Source: the human T2T-CHM13v2.0 reference genome, Homo sapiens
NCBI RefSeq assembly: GCF_009914755.1
Contig: NC_060947.1
Strand: one strand, 5' to 3'
DNA length: 64,000 bases
Part shown: in pieces, positions 27,101 to 40,201 of the stretch
Layout of the letters: every line of letters starts with the position of its first letter
How positions within the stretch are numbered: the first letter of the stretch is position 1
Made by a program: the position numbers and the translations under genes
The notes under the pieces: generated by a model
The model's database searches: none
Seen by the model: only the letters and a program-made list of their open reading frames with translations
Told to the model about the DNA's origin: nothing

Positions 27101-28098
27101 ATTAGATTTATACAAAGCTTCCTCCGATTTCAGAAATTCAACTTGACTCTTCAAGACAGATAAGGTGGTAAAAGTGGCTCCTGGTTTATTTCTGGATCTG
27201 GAAGCCCCATGCTTTTTGAAAGGCTGCTGAGCCCCATGAGAATAGCTGCCAAAGAACAGGCCTTTGGGGGGAAATTTTGCCCATATAGGCAGTGCCCCCA
27301 GCCTCGAAAACACAGCCCTCCCATTCAGGACTCCGAAGTCTCACAGGAGTAGTGCAGAGTAGGAGGACACAAGTGCACATGTGCAAATCCACACATCCAC
27401 AGACACACAGACACTGACAGGTGGCATACTCAGACACAGAGGTGATAAGAATAAGTGACTTTAGTGGTGGGATGATGGTTATAAGCAACTTTTATAAAAG
27501 AGCTAGTTCCCATTGCAAATGTTTTTCCATTGACTAACCATCAGGTGGGCAAGCTTGCATCTAGGTTTGGTTTCTCAGCAGCAGCAGTGCTGTTCTGCCA
27601 TTGTCAAGGTTAAGGACACAGTCAGGGAGCAGTCATGGTAAGAGGAGAGAGTTTGACAGAGTCTAAGCCTGCTGACCTGGCCTAACGTACTCATGTTCAC
27701 AGAAATACAGTATTCCCATTTCAAACTAGAGGTAAAGAAAGAACCAATCTTATAGTAAACCTTAATCTCTGATAGAATAAAAAAATTCCAATGCAATGTA
27801 TCCTTTAAATATATTTGAAGCTAAATAAGTTAATCATTTATCTTTCCTATATTTAGAATGTTTTGGTTTACTCTATAAAAGTTGTATCAATAGACATAAC
27901 ATTGGCCTCAGAAAACAGCTACCTAAATATTTAGTACGTGACAAACACTATGATGAAATCCTCTATGTCATTTCAAACAAAATTTCTTTAGAGATAATTT
28001 AATGCCACTCCTTTGTTTTAAAACATAAGGAAAATAAAACTCAGGAGGGGAAGCAACTTCTTAAAAGTCACATAGTAAGTTATTGAAAAAGCCTATCA

Positions 28099-28494
<396 letters not shown>

Positions 28495-28937
28495 CTATTG
28501 GGTTCTTCAGTATTTTTTACTTTTCAAGACTACCCCTGTCTCCAAAAAACTTTTTCCCTTATTCAAAGACAGAAAAGCAACCAGAGACAGCCTAGGAAAC
28601 TGTTTTGACAATGCCACAGAGGCATCTGCCCCCTCAGCAGGCCACTGTAATTCGCAAGGTTTGCTGGCTTCAAGCTGGAAGCAGTTAACAAGCCCTCAAT
28701 TATTTGATGATGATGCTGTTTGCCTTTAAATTAACTCTTCCGAAAGATAACAGAACATAATTAATGATACATGATTTTAAATCAAAGCAAATCTGAGATC
28801 ACCAAGGCCACAGCAATGTAGACAGCAATGGGACTACCAATCAAAATTATTAGACACATATTAGTGACTCCAACAATAAAATACTTAAAAAATCTATGAA
28901 ACAGAAAATATGGCAAAACATACAGATTATCAGACAT

Positions 28938-28980
28938 CCTTACCTAATCAGAAAGAGAGAAAAAAAAATGGGGTAATTAG
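28938..28980 (-). promoter_or_regulatory. Candidate recursive splice site (3'SS immediately followed by 5'SS)
   Basis: Minus strand reads ctaat (branch-point-like), then a long T/C tract, then tgattag|gtaagg. AG at 28945-28944, GT at 28943-28942. Confidence 0.45.
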
Positions 28981-29329
28981 AGCAATGACTCTTCCATGTC
29001 ACTGAGCACCTGTCATGCTGAAAAGTGCATTCAACCACAGGATGTGTTAGCTCAAGACCTCCATTTTTCCTCCCAGCTAACCATCTACTTATCTCTATAT
29101 AAGATTTAAGCTTTACTGCCACCATGGACACTATGAAGTTAGCAGGTTTAAATGTGCATGAGTAACTTAAGTAAATAATTCACTGAATGGAACAGATCAA
29201 TGCTAATGGTCTTTCAATTTGTTCAAGGTAGAAACAACTTTTCAATGTTTGGAAATTTCAGTTACCTTCTCCTTTGCAACCTCCCTCATTCTCCAAGCAT
29301 TACTAGGTCTTCATCCATCCTATGTTTCT

Positions 29330-29760
29330 TCAGGCTAACTTGCTCTTTTCATGGTAGAATGAAATGCAAACTCCCTACCATGCTGGCCCCTCACCTCCTC
29401 AATTTTATTATATGCCTCTCTTCTGGCTCACATTAGCTTTCCATTAGTATCTAGAATATGCCAGGCTTTCTCCTGCCTCAAGGCCTTGTACCCCTTTATG
29501 TCCTTCAAGTGGCCCCTTTATGTCCTTCAGGGTTCCACTAAAATGTCACCTCCTCAGAGATGCCCTTTTAGCCACGTTAGGGAGGTTTCAATTTGTCACA
29601 GTCTATAATTACTTATATATGTATGTATTTCTCTCTTGTCTGGCTTTCCCTACAAGAATATAAGCCCCCTGAGGCAGAGACATTATATGTCTCATTGACC
29701 ATTTATATGTGGGATCTAGGATAGTGCTTACTCATAATACACACAAATAATTCTCTTTGA
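29330..29760 (+). mobile_element. Degraded L2 fragment containing a 22-bp tandem duplication (~29490-29530)
   Basis: L2-like aaatgtcacctcctcagagatgccc and taagccccctgaggcagagac; cccctttatgtccttca occurs twice. Confidence 0.6.
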
Positions 29761-30344
29761 CCTATGTAGCCTTCCCATGATGCTAAGGCATACAGTCAGC
29801 TCCCTCTCCTAACTCTCAATTTCCACATACGTTTTAAGAAATTTATCTTGTGGTGCCTCGGGACAGGTTTTTGGTTATTATCATGGGCCTTAAGTAAAAA
29901 GCTAGATGATCACTATTTTGACATATATCTTTTCTCCACTACTTGAATGTAAGCTCCCAGGACAAGAACCATGTCTCAGTCTCTTTTGCAATCATTTTTG
30001 CTTTCTTAATGGCCTATAACACTTTTCATACAGTTGTTTTGCATGCACAAAATGAGCCACTTCTAGGGATAGTCATGCCTACATTGAAGGTGTGTGCTAT
30101 GAAGCGGTAATAAATGAAGAGTCTAGCCCATTGCCTGGCACCTAGTAGGCACAAAGTAAATGGTATCTGCAATGGAGGAAACACTGTCCCTGCCAGAGAT
30201 GAAACTGTTGAGCAATGCACTCTGGTAGTTGGAAAACCAGGAGCCTCACCCTGACTTGATGCTTTCTGTGTAACCTTTAGAATGTAATTTCACCTCTGTG
30301 AGCCTCAGCTGCCTCATTTCAAAAATAAGGGGTTTAGACTAGGT

Positions 30345-30578
30345 CAGGGTTTCTCAACACTGGAACTTTTGATATTCGAAGCCTGATAATTCTTTGTTGT
30401 GAAGGGCTGTTTTGTCCATTGTAGGATGTTGAGCTGTATCCCTAGCCTCTACTCACTAGATGCCAGTGGCACTGCTCCCCAAAGTTGTGACAACAAAAAA
30501 TGCCTCCGGACATTGTCAAATCCCCCCAATCCCCGCCCTGACAACTGAAGGCAAAATTGCCTTATTTGAGAATCACTG
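30345..30578. mobile_element. MER20 (opposite orientation to the copy at 9066), inserted into a MIR
   Basis: Termini cagggtttctcaac...ttgagaatcactg; degraded 8-bp TSD gactaggt/gacttgat; MIR core cacctctgtgagcctcag lies upstream. Confidence 0.85.
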
Positions 30579-31006
30579 GACTTGATGGGTAAAGTCCCTT
30601 TGTCCTACAAACCTCTTTGTGAAGAGTTAGCTCCAATCCTGGAAACACTTTTTTGACCCTCAAAGATGCTCAGCATCCTGCAAGGACTCAGCTATTCCAT
30701 TTTGGAGAGTTTGGCCCATACAATGCAGACCAGGAAGAGAGGGGAATGCACTGGTGTGCACATCAACCTCCCAGGTAAAAGAAAGCCTCTGACTGGCAAA
30801 ACATAAAGCACCACTGCTACACATCAGTGGGGTCTTTACTCAGCATAGGACAAAGACTTTCTCTACTGAGTGGCATCACTTGGCATTCTGTGAGTAGCCT
30901 CAGGGGCCTGCTGTGAATGGCAGGTGGGGCCCAGCCAACCGAAGTCCTGGCCCAGGTGGGAACGAGAAGCAAAAAGGGGAGGTTGGGGGACCCTCTTTCA
31001 CCTTAC

Positions 31007-31080
31007 CTATGCAGCTTCCTCAAAGCCCAGCCTTTCCATCAGCCAAAGGCCCATGTGGCCAGGGAGGATAGATCCCCCTG
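31007..31080 (-). other. Candidate 74-nt cassette/5'UTR exon upstream of exon Y (71 nt if the second AG of a NAGNAG is used)
   Basis: Minus strand: cttttcttcttagtggacctatttctgtcttcag|CAGGGGGATC...GAAGCTGCATAG|gtaagg. Good pyrimidine tract, tandem acceptor and strong donor in non-repetitive sequence. Confidence 0.5.
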
Positions 31081-31369
31081 CTGAAGACAGAAATAGGTCC
31101 ACTAAGAAGAAAAGTGCAGCTTCTACCAGAAAAGCAGAGTCTTCTTCCAGAAGTATTCTGCCCCTGCATGAATGACATATACTTTTTTCTGTGCTACAGT
31201 TTCAAACAGATAAGAAAGATATGGTAAGACTAGAGAGGAGTACATTCCACCTTAGAACACTGGTTATTGCTGTACATCTCAATGGTACCATCAGGAGAGT
31301 TGACATCAGCTTGTTAGGTTCAAGTCTTATAGCTTTAGCTCATTGCACTCCCTTTCCATAAACGTTCAT

Positions 31370-31862
31370 GTCCAAGTCGAACTTAAGTGAGCCTCACAGT
31401 CACCTAGAGGGCTTATTGAGACTGACTGTGGACCCCCACCCAGGAGTTTCTAATTGAGGTGGTTTGGGCTGGAACTTGAGAATTGGCATTTATAACAAGT
31501 TCCCAGGTGGTGCTGATGCTGCTGGTCAAGGATCATACTTAGATTGGAGAACGACTCTCCCAAGCTACTTGTCTCTCCCAGGTTTCTCTGCCTGTATGCA
31601 TTCTCCTCTGCCCAGTACGAACGCAATCTAAACCAGTGGTTCTCAGTTGTGGTTTAGCATTAGCATCACCTGGAGGACTTTTAAAAACCAAAACACCCAT
31701 GTTGCCACACCAGATCAATTAAAACAGAAACACCTGGCTGGGGCCTGAGCACTGGTAGGTTTCAATGCTCCTCAGATGATTTGACTACAGAGCCAAGGTT
31801 GAAAATTACTGCTCTAAGTAAAGCCTTTCTTTACTCTCTCCAGTGAAAATTCCTCTCTCTCT

Positions 31863-31916
<54 letters not shown>

Positions 31917-33260
31917 CTCTCTCTCTCCTCTCTCTCTCCTCTCTCTTCCCTGAGGGCAGGCTCTGGCTCATGATTATCCAATTATTTGCGTTTCTTCCCA
32001 CACCTCAGGCTAGAGTATGTACTCTTGTGCAGTGGCGCTGTTCACTGTGTAAAATTGCACAGCAGCACACGTCTCTACACAGAAGCCCTGTTCCAGCCTC
32101 ACCCACCAAGGTGGTCTGCTCAGAGTTCTATAGCATTAATCCAACCCTGCACTGTGTTCTCATTTTTAAAAATGACCATCTCTTGACTAGCCAGTTTTGT
32201 TGAATTGAATAAAATCAAATTCAGTTTTTCAAAATACCCCCCCAAGAACTTAGGTTAGCAAGAAAATCAGGACCTACAACATGTGTCTTTGCCCTGGAGC
32301 TGGTCTATGATGTTGTATCTTTCTACTCTCATCCCTCCTTACCAGCTCCCCACCCTTAGGGTCTGTACAGAATCATTTCAAACTTTATATAGGCTGCAAT
32401 CTCAGAGCAGTCCAAGCTCGCAGTCACAAAATAAAATGGTACCAAGAACTAATTGGAAATCTTGTTGGTGAATGTCTAGTTAAATACACTGGACCTTCTT
32501 TAATGACATCCACGAGAAAGGGGACTGAGGCTACATTTTTCCAGAAATTGTTTCCTTGAATCTGTAATTCAGTGGTTCTTTATCCTAGCTGCACATCAGA
32601 ATCACCTGGGGAGCTTTAATAACATGCCCATGTTTGGGCCCCACCTCCAGAGATTCTGGTTTAATTGGCCTATGAGTGGGGCTTGGGCCTTAGTAGTTTA
32701 GAGTTCCCAAGGTGAAGCAAGGGTGGCAAACCAAAGTGTCTATCTGAAGAAGCCAAGAGAAAAAACATAAACGTATGCACAATTAACTGCAAAGACCATG
32801 TTTTTCTGAGCTTAGAAGAAAGAGCTTTAGAAGAAACTAGGACTTTAAAGTGCCAGGCCCCTTCATCAAGCCTGGAATTCAAATGGATTTTCTCCTCTCT
32901 TAAGAAGAAGGTTTCAAAAACCTTGGGCGATGTGGCAGATTGCACTGTACCAGCAACGGCCTTATAATCAACCTATCCTGCTTTCAAATCACAGTTCCGC
33001 TCCCACCCCCACCACCACTTACCACCAGTGTGACCTTGGGCAAGTCCTGTATACTCCTTGAGGCTTAGTTTCCTCAACCATAAGATGAGATGATAGCTAG
33101 GGTTAAGTGTAAATCCTGGCCCAGCATCCTGGGTTTCACCTGGGAGCTTGTTAGAAATGCAGACTTGCAGGACTGCTAACTCCAGATCAGCAGAATCAGA
33201 ATCTATTTTCACGAGGTTCTGAAGCGACTGCTATGCACATTAAAGTTGGAGATGCACATT
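31370..33260. mobile_element. Four MER5A/B-like elements (~31370-31560, 31633-31811, 32570-32720, 33105-33255) plus MIR pieces
   Basis: Repeated MER5 motifs cagtggttct, agaatcacctggggagctt, taacaagttcccaggtg and cagaatcagaatct. Confidence 0.7.
31853..31946. repeat. (CT)n polypyrimidine/polypurine microsatellite
   Basis: About 95 bp composed only of C and T. Confidence 0.97.
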
Positions 33261-33574
33261 GCACAATAGCTGGCACACAGTCACATAGTCAGTACTAAGT
33301 ATGGGTCAATTCTCTTCTCTTCTGAGGCCAAGCATTATTTGGGCATCAGTTAAATATATACACATGGAAACACAACTAAAGGTTGGGGAAAGAACATCAC
33401 CTACAACATGACCTTGTGCAAGTCAATTTCCTATCTCTTACAGATGACCAAACTGAATCTCGACGTTTAATTCCTAACAAGGTCACTTTAACAATTAAAC
33501 AAGATAATGTGGGTGGGAGCATCCAGCATAGTGCCTACCCCATGATAGCTATTCCCTATGTATTAAGTACTCCC

Positions 33575-33846
33575 TGGTGGGTGCAATGGCTCACACCTGT
33601 AATCCAAGGGCTTTGAGAGGCTGATGCAGGAGTTTGAGACCAGCCTGGGCAACATAGTGAGACCACATCTCTACAAAAAAAATTTTAATGTAAAAAATAT
33701 TAGCCAGACATAGTGACACACACCTGTAGTCATGGCTACTCAGGAGGCTGAGGTGGGAGGCTTGCTTGAGCCCACGAGTTCGAGGCTGCAGTGACCTATG
33801 ATTGTGCCACCCTACTCAAACCTGGGTGACAAAGCAAGACTCTGTC
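33575..33846 (+). mobile_element. AluJ with an internal deletion, interrupted near its 3' end by THE1
   Basis: ggctcacacctgtaatcc...gaccagcctgggcaacatagtgagacc...gaggctgcagtgacctatgattg; the final bases resume at 34203. Confidence 0.9.
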
Positions 33847-34202
33847 TGTATTAGTCCATTTTCATGCTGCTGATAAAGACATACCCCAGACTGGAAAGGA
33901 GGTTTAATGGACTCACAGTTCCACTTGGTTGGGGAGGCCTCACATCACGGTGGAAGGCAAGGAGGAGCAAATCACATGTTACATGGCATCAGGGAAGAGA
34001 AAGAATGAGAACCAAGCAAAAGGGCTTTTCCCCTATAAAACCATCAGATCTTCTGAGACTTATTCACTACCACAAGAACAGTATGGGGGCACTACCCCCA
34101 TGATTCAATTATCTCCCACCGGGTCTCTCCCACAATATGTGGGAATTATGGGAACTATAATTCAAGATGAGATTTGGGTGGGAACACAGCCAAACCGTAT
34201 CA
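33847..34202 (-). mobile_element. THE1 solo LTR (356 bp)
   Basis: tgtattagtccattttcatgctgctgataaagac...gaacacagccaaaccgtatca; 5-bp TSD ctgtc at 33842-33846 and 34203-34207. Confidence 0.95.
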
Positions 34203-34212
34203 CTGTCTCTAA

Positions 34213-34259
<47 letters not shown>

Positions 34260-34278
34260 ATCTATCTATCTATCTATC
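34213..34278. repeat. (CTAT)n / GATA tetranucleotide STR
   Basis: About 16 units with one short unit; sits where the AluJ A-tail would be. Confidence 0.97.
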
Positions 34279-36930
34279 CTCCCTAAGTAGTAACTGAAGC
34301 TGAATTCAAGTTAACGTGAAGGTGTCTTCCACTCCCACCACGCACAAAAAATTTTCAACCACTTATAACTGCTGGTCCAGAGAAGGCCTCACACGAACTT
34401 CACTTTAGTTTTCTAACCAAAGTAGGAGAGATGACTCAGTGGAGAAAAAGATGGCTGTACTGCTTATGGATTATCAAATTGACTAATAGTATTTCTTTCA
34501 AAATGCTGTCTGAAATTTCATGAAAATGTTCAATATGTGACTGGCTTCATTGAAAAATGTTTGGTCTCACTCACTTTGCTTTAAATGTAAAGTGCCTCTG
34601 GCCACAGTGTCCCAGGAACTGAATTATCTAGGCAGCCTTTAAAGATTATTTACATATCGATTCCAGGCATTGTTTTTGCACTAAATTTTGCCTCTTCCTC
34701 CATGCATACTTATGGAGGTCACTGCCAACATTTCAGGCAAAGTTTCTAGAAAACTCACTGCCCTATGCATGTTGTTCCAGCCAGCGGGGCCCAGTGTGTG
34801 TGTGTGTGCGTGTGTGTGTGTGTTTGCATGCACGTGTGTGTGAGGCTGGACATATGTCTTTGACATTAGTAACAATTAGTAGAGAAACTCCAGTTAGGCT
34901 CACAGAGTGATGTCATAGTTACTCATATAAACTTTCTTGCCCGAAATCTTCTCAGCCTTTGATCTTAACACCTTTCTCAGGCAATATTATAGGCTAAATT
35001 GCTAGAGAAAGCCTATTTTCTTCTCTCAATCTTTTCAATTTTTGGAGTATTAAAGCTCAGAGGACTGAGGTTTCCTCACCAATATACTATAGAGTGCATT
35101 CTCAGGCATTACACTCCTGTCTTCCTAGAAAATGTGCTCATCAACACCACACCTCTTCACATGGCATGCTGGAAGAGCCCTGCACTATGCATCATCACTA
35201 TCCCCTTCACACTTTTATTTGGTGTTTGGAAACCTAATCTCTGATCCAAATTTCATGGGTCAAGCGAGAAATTTGGTCCTGATGGTTGCCCGAAATCTCC
35301 AGGGATGTGTCCAGAGCTCCCTGCCTCACGAAGACCCCACCCCAGGCTCAGTTGACCGCTAGGAATTCCTTGGTTCTAGTGCTAGCGGCAAAAAAAATTA
35401 TAGTGCAAATGTTGCTGGAAAATTATATGATTGGAAGAATGATCAATGCCATCATGTGCACCTCCATCTTTCCATAACCACCCCCCAAAAGTATCTAAGT
35501 AGCAAACTCATTTTACCTTATTAGTCAGGAAATACTTTTATTTTCAAGCAGGTAGGGTGCTCTTCTTTTCCTTCCTGCCAACGTTCTGTGATCATATATG
35601 CTTCTGTCACCTATTGATGCTTTTCTCCATGCCCAGGAACAATGGTGAAAATTCACTCAAGTACATTAACAACCCATCTTGACTGACCTTTTGGCAAAAA
35701 CCATGAAGCAGATACCAATAGGTGGGCTGATCTACAGAACCATTTCTGAAATATGAAGTATGTGTATGACATTTTGGCTTTGTGCTACCTGGCTTTCCAT
35801 ATGATGTGGCTGTGCCACTGATGAGAGTAGTAGCAAAAGCAGGGAGGAAGTACAGGAAGGGATGTAGGAGAAGCTCTTCCAATTGATCAAGACATGAGTC
35901 CTTGGATCCTCTTGTTTCATTTAAAGAATGCACTGGTAAAATCCTCTCCCTAGTTAGTCACAAGCTGCACTCAAGCTCATCAAAAGGCAGTTAGTTCAAT
36001 TTGGCCCCAACATTGTATTCATCAATTTGCAAGCTCAAACGGTCAACACCTCCAGGAAATGCATTTCTCTACCTATTTGCTGTGGAGGAATTTGTCCTCC
36101 TTAGATACTTAAAAGAAGCACATTTTTAGCTAATGGAAAACACTAGAACATAACTCTCAATTACGATAGTTGAAATCCATTAAACAATTCTAATAGAGAA
36201 ATAAATATTCCAACTAAATGGGTGCTTTTCTTTGCATTCTTGCCTGCCACAGATTCTAATTCCCCATTCAGTAAATAGCGCTGGTGTTTATTTTCAGGGG
36301 GGCTGTCCTTGCAGGGATTACAGATGGAAGAATATATTGTGCCAGGTTAGAACCCGCTCCAAATTTGTTTGAGAAGAATTTCAAAGCAAATGGTATTTTA
36401 GTTTGCTTACTCTTGGCAGCATTACTATTTAAGAAAAAGGCATTACGACTTCTTTGAAAGCCTCAAGTCATCAAATGTCCTTAAAATAGCGTTTAACGAT
36501 TTAGGTATAAATGAATTATCAACACTTATATGTAACTCCCCTCTCATTCCCTATAAACCTAGCTGGTTAATTGAGGTTTTAGCAAAAGAGCACTTGGCCT
36601 ACTTTGTTTTATTAAAGGCAATGTCCTCCACATTGAGCTCTAAGCTGCATTTGATGCTTAGATTCAGAACATTAGGAATTGTCACATTATTTTTTTAAGT
36701 AGTAAAGTAGAGTTCTTGATATATACCATACACTTTTACATATCATTTTTAATATTCATAGCAACCCATGTTCACATTTAACAGAGAGAAAACTGAATGT
36801 CAAAGAGGTTACAACATATCCCGATTAACCCAGCTATCAAGATGAAGAGCTGATTCAAAGCAAGGTCTGCATGCCTCCCAAACCTACATTCTTACCAACT
36901 ATCCCATACCTTCTATTTGTCTGCGTATCT

Positions 36931-37527
36931 CTGAAAGGCTGAATAATGGTCCTCAAAAATGCCCATGTCCTAAATCCCTGGAACCTATGACTATGTTACC
37001 TTAAGACTGCAGATGAAATTAAGGTTGCTATTCAATTTACCCTTAGATGGGGGATATTAGCCTGGATTATCCAGGTAGGCCCAATGTAGTCACATGAACT
37101 CTTAAAATAAAATGAGGAAGGTAGAATAGTGGAGCAGAGAGATGAAAGGAAAGAAGAGGCAGGAGGGATCAAAAGTTTGAAGAGACTCAGCTTGCCATTG
37201 CTGGCTTTGGAGATGTAGGAAGGAAGCCATGTGCCAAAGAGTACACATAGTCTCTAGAAGCCAGGGATGGCCCTCAGTTGACAGCCAACAATAAAGCAGA
37301 GATCTCCATTCCGCAAGGAATTGAATCGTGCTGAGGATCAAAAGGAGCAAGGAAACAGATCCTGCCTAGAGTCTCCAAAAAGGAATGCAGCCCTGCCAAG
37401 ACCTTAATTTTGGCCTAGGGAGATGGGTGTCTGATTTCTGACCTACAGAAATGTAGGATAATCAATTTGTGTTGTTTGAGCCCCTAAGTTTGTGGTAATA
37501 TGTTATGGCAGCAATAGAAAACAAATG
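36931..37527 (+). mobile_element. MLT1D/E-like MaLR LTR
   Basis: gctgaataatggtcctcaaaaatgcccatgtcc...cctggattatccaggtaggccc...tttgtggtaatatgttatggcagcaatagaaaac. Confidence 0.85.
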
Positions 37528-37719
37528 AAATGTTCAAATCTTGATACTGAAAACCTAAGTAGGTTTTAAAGTCCACATGCCTTCTATAGTTATAACAATA
37601 ACCAAATATTGTATGCAGAATTGACACAGCTTCACTGTATTTAACCTGAGAAGAAAACATACACACAAAGAAGCTTCCTTTGAGGTTTTTATTTTCCATT
37701 CCTTCTCATCTCACTACCT

Positions 37720-38560
37720 TTCAACATTCTTCCAACAAATATTTATTGGAAATCTACTGTATGCCAGGCACTATTCAAAGCATACAGTATATAGAAGATG
37801 GGGGGGGAACAGACAAAAATTCTTGCTTTCATATAGTTTACACATTTGAGGGTGGTGAGGAGTAAAGAGACAGTAAACAAATTGTTAAGCTGAGACCTCC
37901 AAGGGTATCTGAGTCACTGATTGGAAAGAAGCTGCTCCAAATTGCTGCTAGATCCACCTAAGTGAGAAATAACTATTTATGAGTTAAGTTCCTAATGTGT
38001 CAATTAGCTTTCTGCTATTGCAGTATAATTCAGCCTAATCTACATAATATAGAAGTCCTCACTAAGAAGAAGACATTGGCGCAGAGGCTGGAGGAAGTGC
38101 GGAAGGGAGTGAGCCACAGAGATACCCAGGAGAAAAGAGTTTCCAGTAGAAGTATCAAAAATGTAAAGGTCCTGAGATAGGAGTGTGAATTGCTGTTTTT
38201 GTAGAAAATGAAGGAGACCAGTATGGCAGGAACTGAGAGATTGAAGAGGAGAGAGGTAGGAGATGAGGCCAGAAGGGTAAAAGGAAGTCTGCTCATGTAG
38301 GCCATTGTAACAGCTCTGGCTTTAATTCTGACTGGCGGGCAGCCACTGGATAGTGTCAGGCAGAAGAATGATGTGAGCTGGCTTATGTGTTCAAAGGCTC
38401 ACTCTTGCTGCTATGTAGAGAACAGACTGCAGGGCGCAAAGATGGAAGCAGGGAGACTGGTTAGGAGGCTACGGCTATAATCTAAGCAACAGGTGACAGT
38501 AGTTAGGACCAGTGGCAGTTGTGTAGTTGGGAAGAAGTAGTTAGATTCTGGTTATACACA
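37720..38560 (-). mobile_element. L2 fragments
   Basis: caacaaatatttattg...tatgccaggcactattc; ggaagcagggagactggttaggaggcta. Confidence 0.7.
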
Positions 38561-40201
38561 CTAGGAATATAAAACTCTGATGAACAGAAGTAATGGCTGA
38601 TGGCAGGCAGCATCTAATGACACTATTTAATATAGATACCCTTTGATAATAATAACTCCCTGGGATATACATTTCACAAACGGAAAATAATTACTGTGGA
38701 TTAGCTAACTCTACTCTTTGGGCAAGGAGGAGAGACATCCCACAGTTAGCTCTCTCCTGTGGTGTCTCATTGCACTAAATCTATCTATGTAGAATGTGAT
38801 CAAATAGGTACCCGGCAAATATTAACATTGCAGGAGAGTACTGATGGCAGTGATGGAAATGATGATGGGCAGTTTGCAAAACAACATCCTTGAAAAACTG
38901 ATTCTCTAGAACTCCTACACCATTCTTGTTTCTGTCCTCTAGATCAGCCTAAATCAGCCTAAGCTCTACTCCTTATTGAATAAGCCACATCATCTGTGTG
39001 AATCCAGATTTCCTCAACTGGAGTTGACCAGATGACCTCTAATTTTTTTCAGAGCTTACATGGGGCAGGGGGTTCTTCCCTCTTCTTGATACTGTTTTTG
39101 ATATGAATCGCATTAGCATAACAGTGCTGGCTTCCCTCTGGCCCATGATTCACTCTTTTATGGAAGTGGTAGACTGACTGGTGAGGTTTCAAAAGATAAA
39201 CTAGCATTCCTAGCTCAGCTCCTTCCTTTTTACTTTCTCCTTGGGAGTCAGCTCACTGGAGAAAGCATTCATTCTTCTCTGCTCCTTTATGCCTTAAGTT
39301 TGTAGGGGGAGGGCCTTTGTGACAAGTGAGGGGTGGAAGAGGGGGACAAGGGTCTACTGTCACTCAGGATTTTCTGTGGCCAAGTGATTACGTCTATCCA
39401 ATTGCTTTTTATACACTGTTCTCATTTTACTTCTTAATTTGTTTGCAACTTAGACAGGGGGAGAAAAAGAACGTTTTGAGGTTTTTTTGTGCTCCGCTGC
39501 CACAACTCCCAGCAATATTTGTGAATGCTCAGAATCATGGCCTTCATAGTATTGGAGAAGCCTAAATCCTCTACAAAACGTGAAGCTTTGCTGGCCAATT
39601 TGGCTCTGGCTTCCTGTGTTTCATGGTCCAGATCAGTACCAGGAGACCTGCACTATAAGGCCAGAAAAAAATTGGAAGGAGGAATGGTAAAAACACCAGG
39701 TAGAAGGAAAGAGAGAGGTGAGGGAGTGCCGGTTTGGTCCTTCACAGATGGAAGGTACAGACTGCCACATTAATTTAAAAACCTTCTGCTGCCATGGAAA
39801 TCACTAGTTATTGACTGAAGTTCTTGTAGTCCCACAGGAAGCTCTGTCAAAATCTCTATTTCAAAGCAGCAATAAGGACGTGGGAAAGATAATGTAGGTC
39901 ATACATGGGAACAGGAAAACTAACGCAAAGGGGAAATAAAGCTGTGAATTCATTCTTCTTGAATGGCATTGGAGTAATGTCCACACTGGGAGGCAGCACA
40001 AGCTTCCCAAATCTTACCTCCCTGTCTTTTCCAGTGGCCCCTGTCAGTGAGTCTCTCCTGACGTGCCTCCGATTTTCCCATTAATTAAATTCATGTTGAG
40101 AAACTGGTCATTTGGGGAGTGTTTATTGGTGTCTTCTAGAAATTGAAACATGCCAGTTTTCACAAGCTTCAAAAATGTCAGCCAGAGTAAAACCATTTCC
40201 C

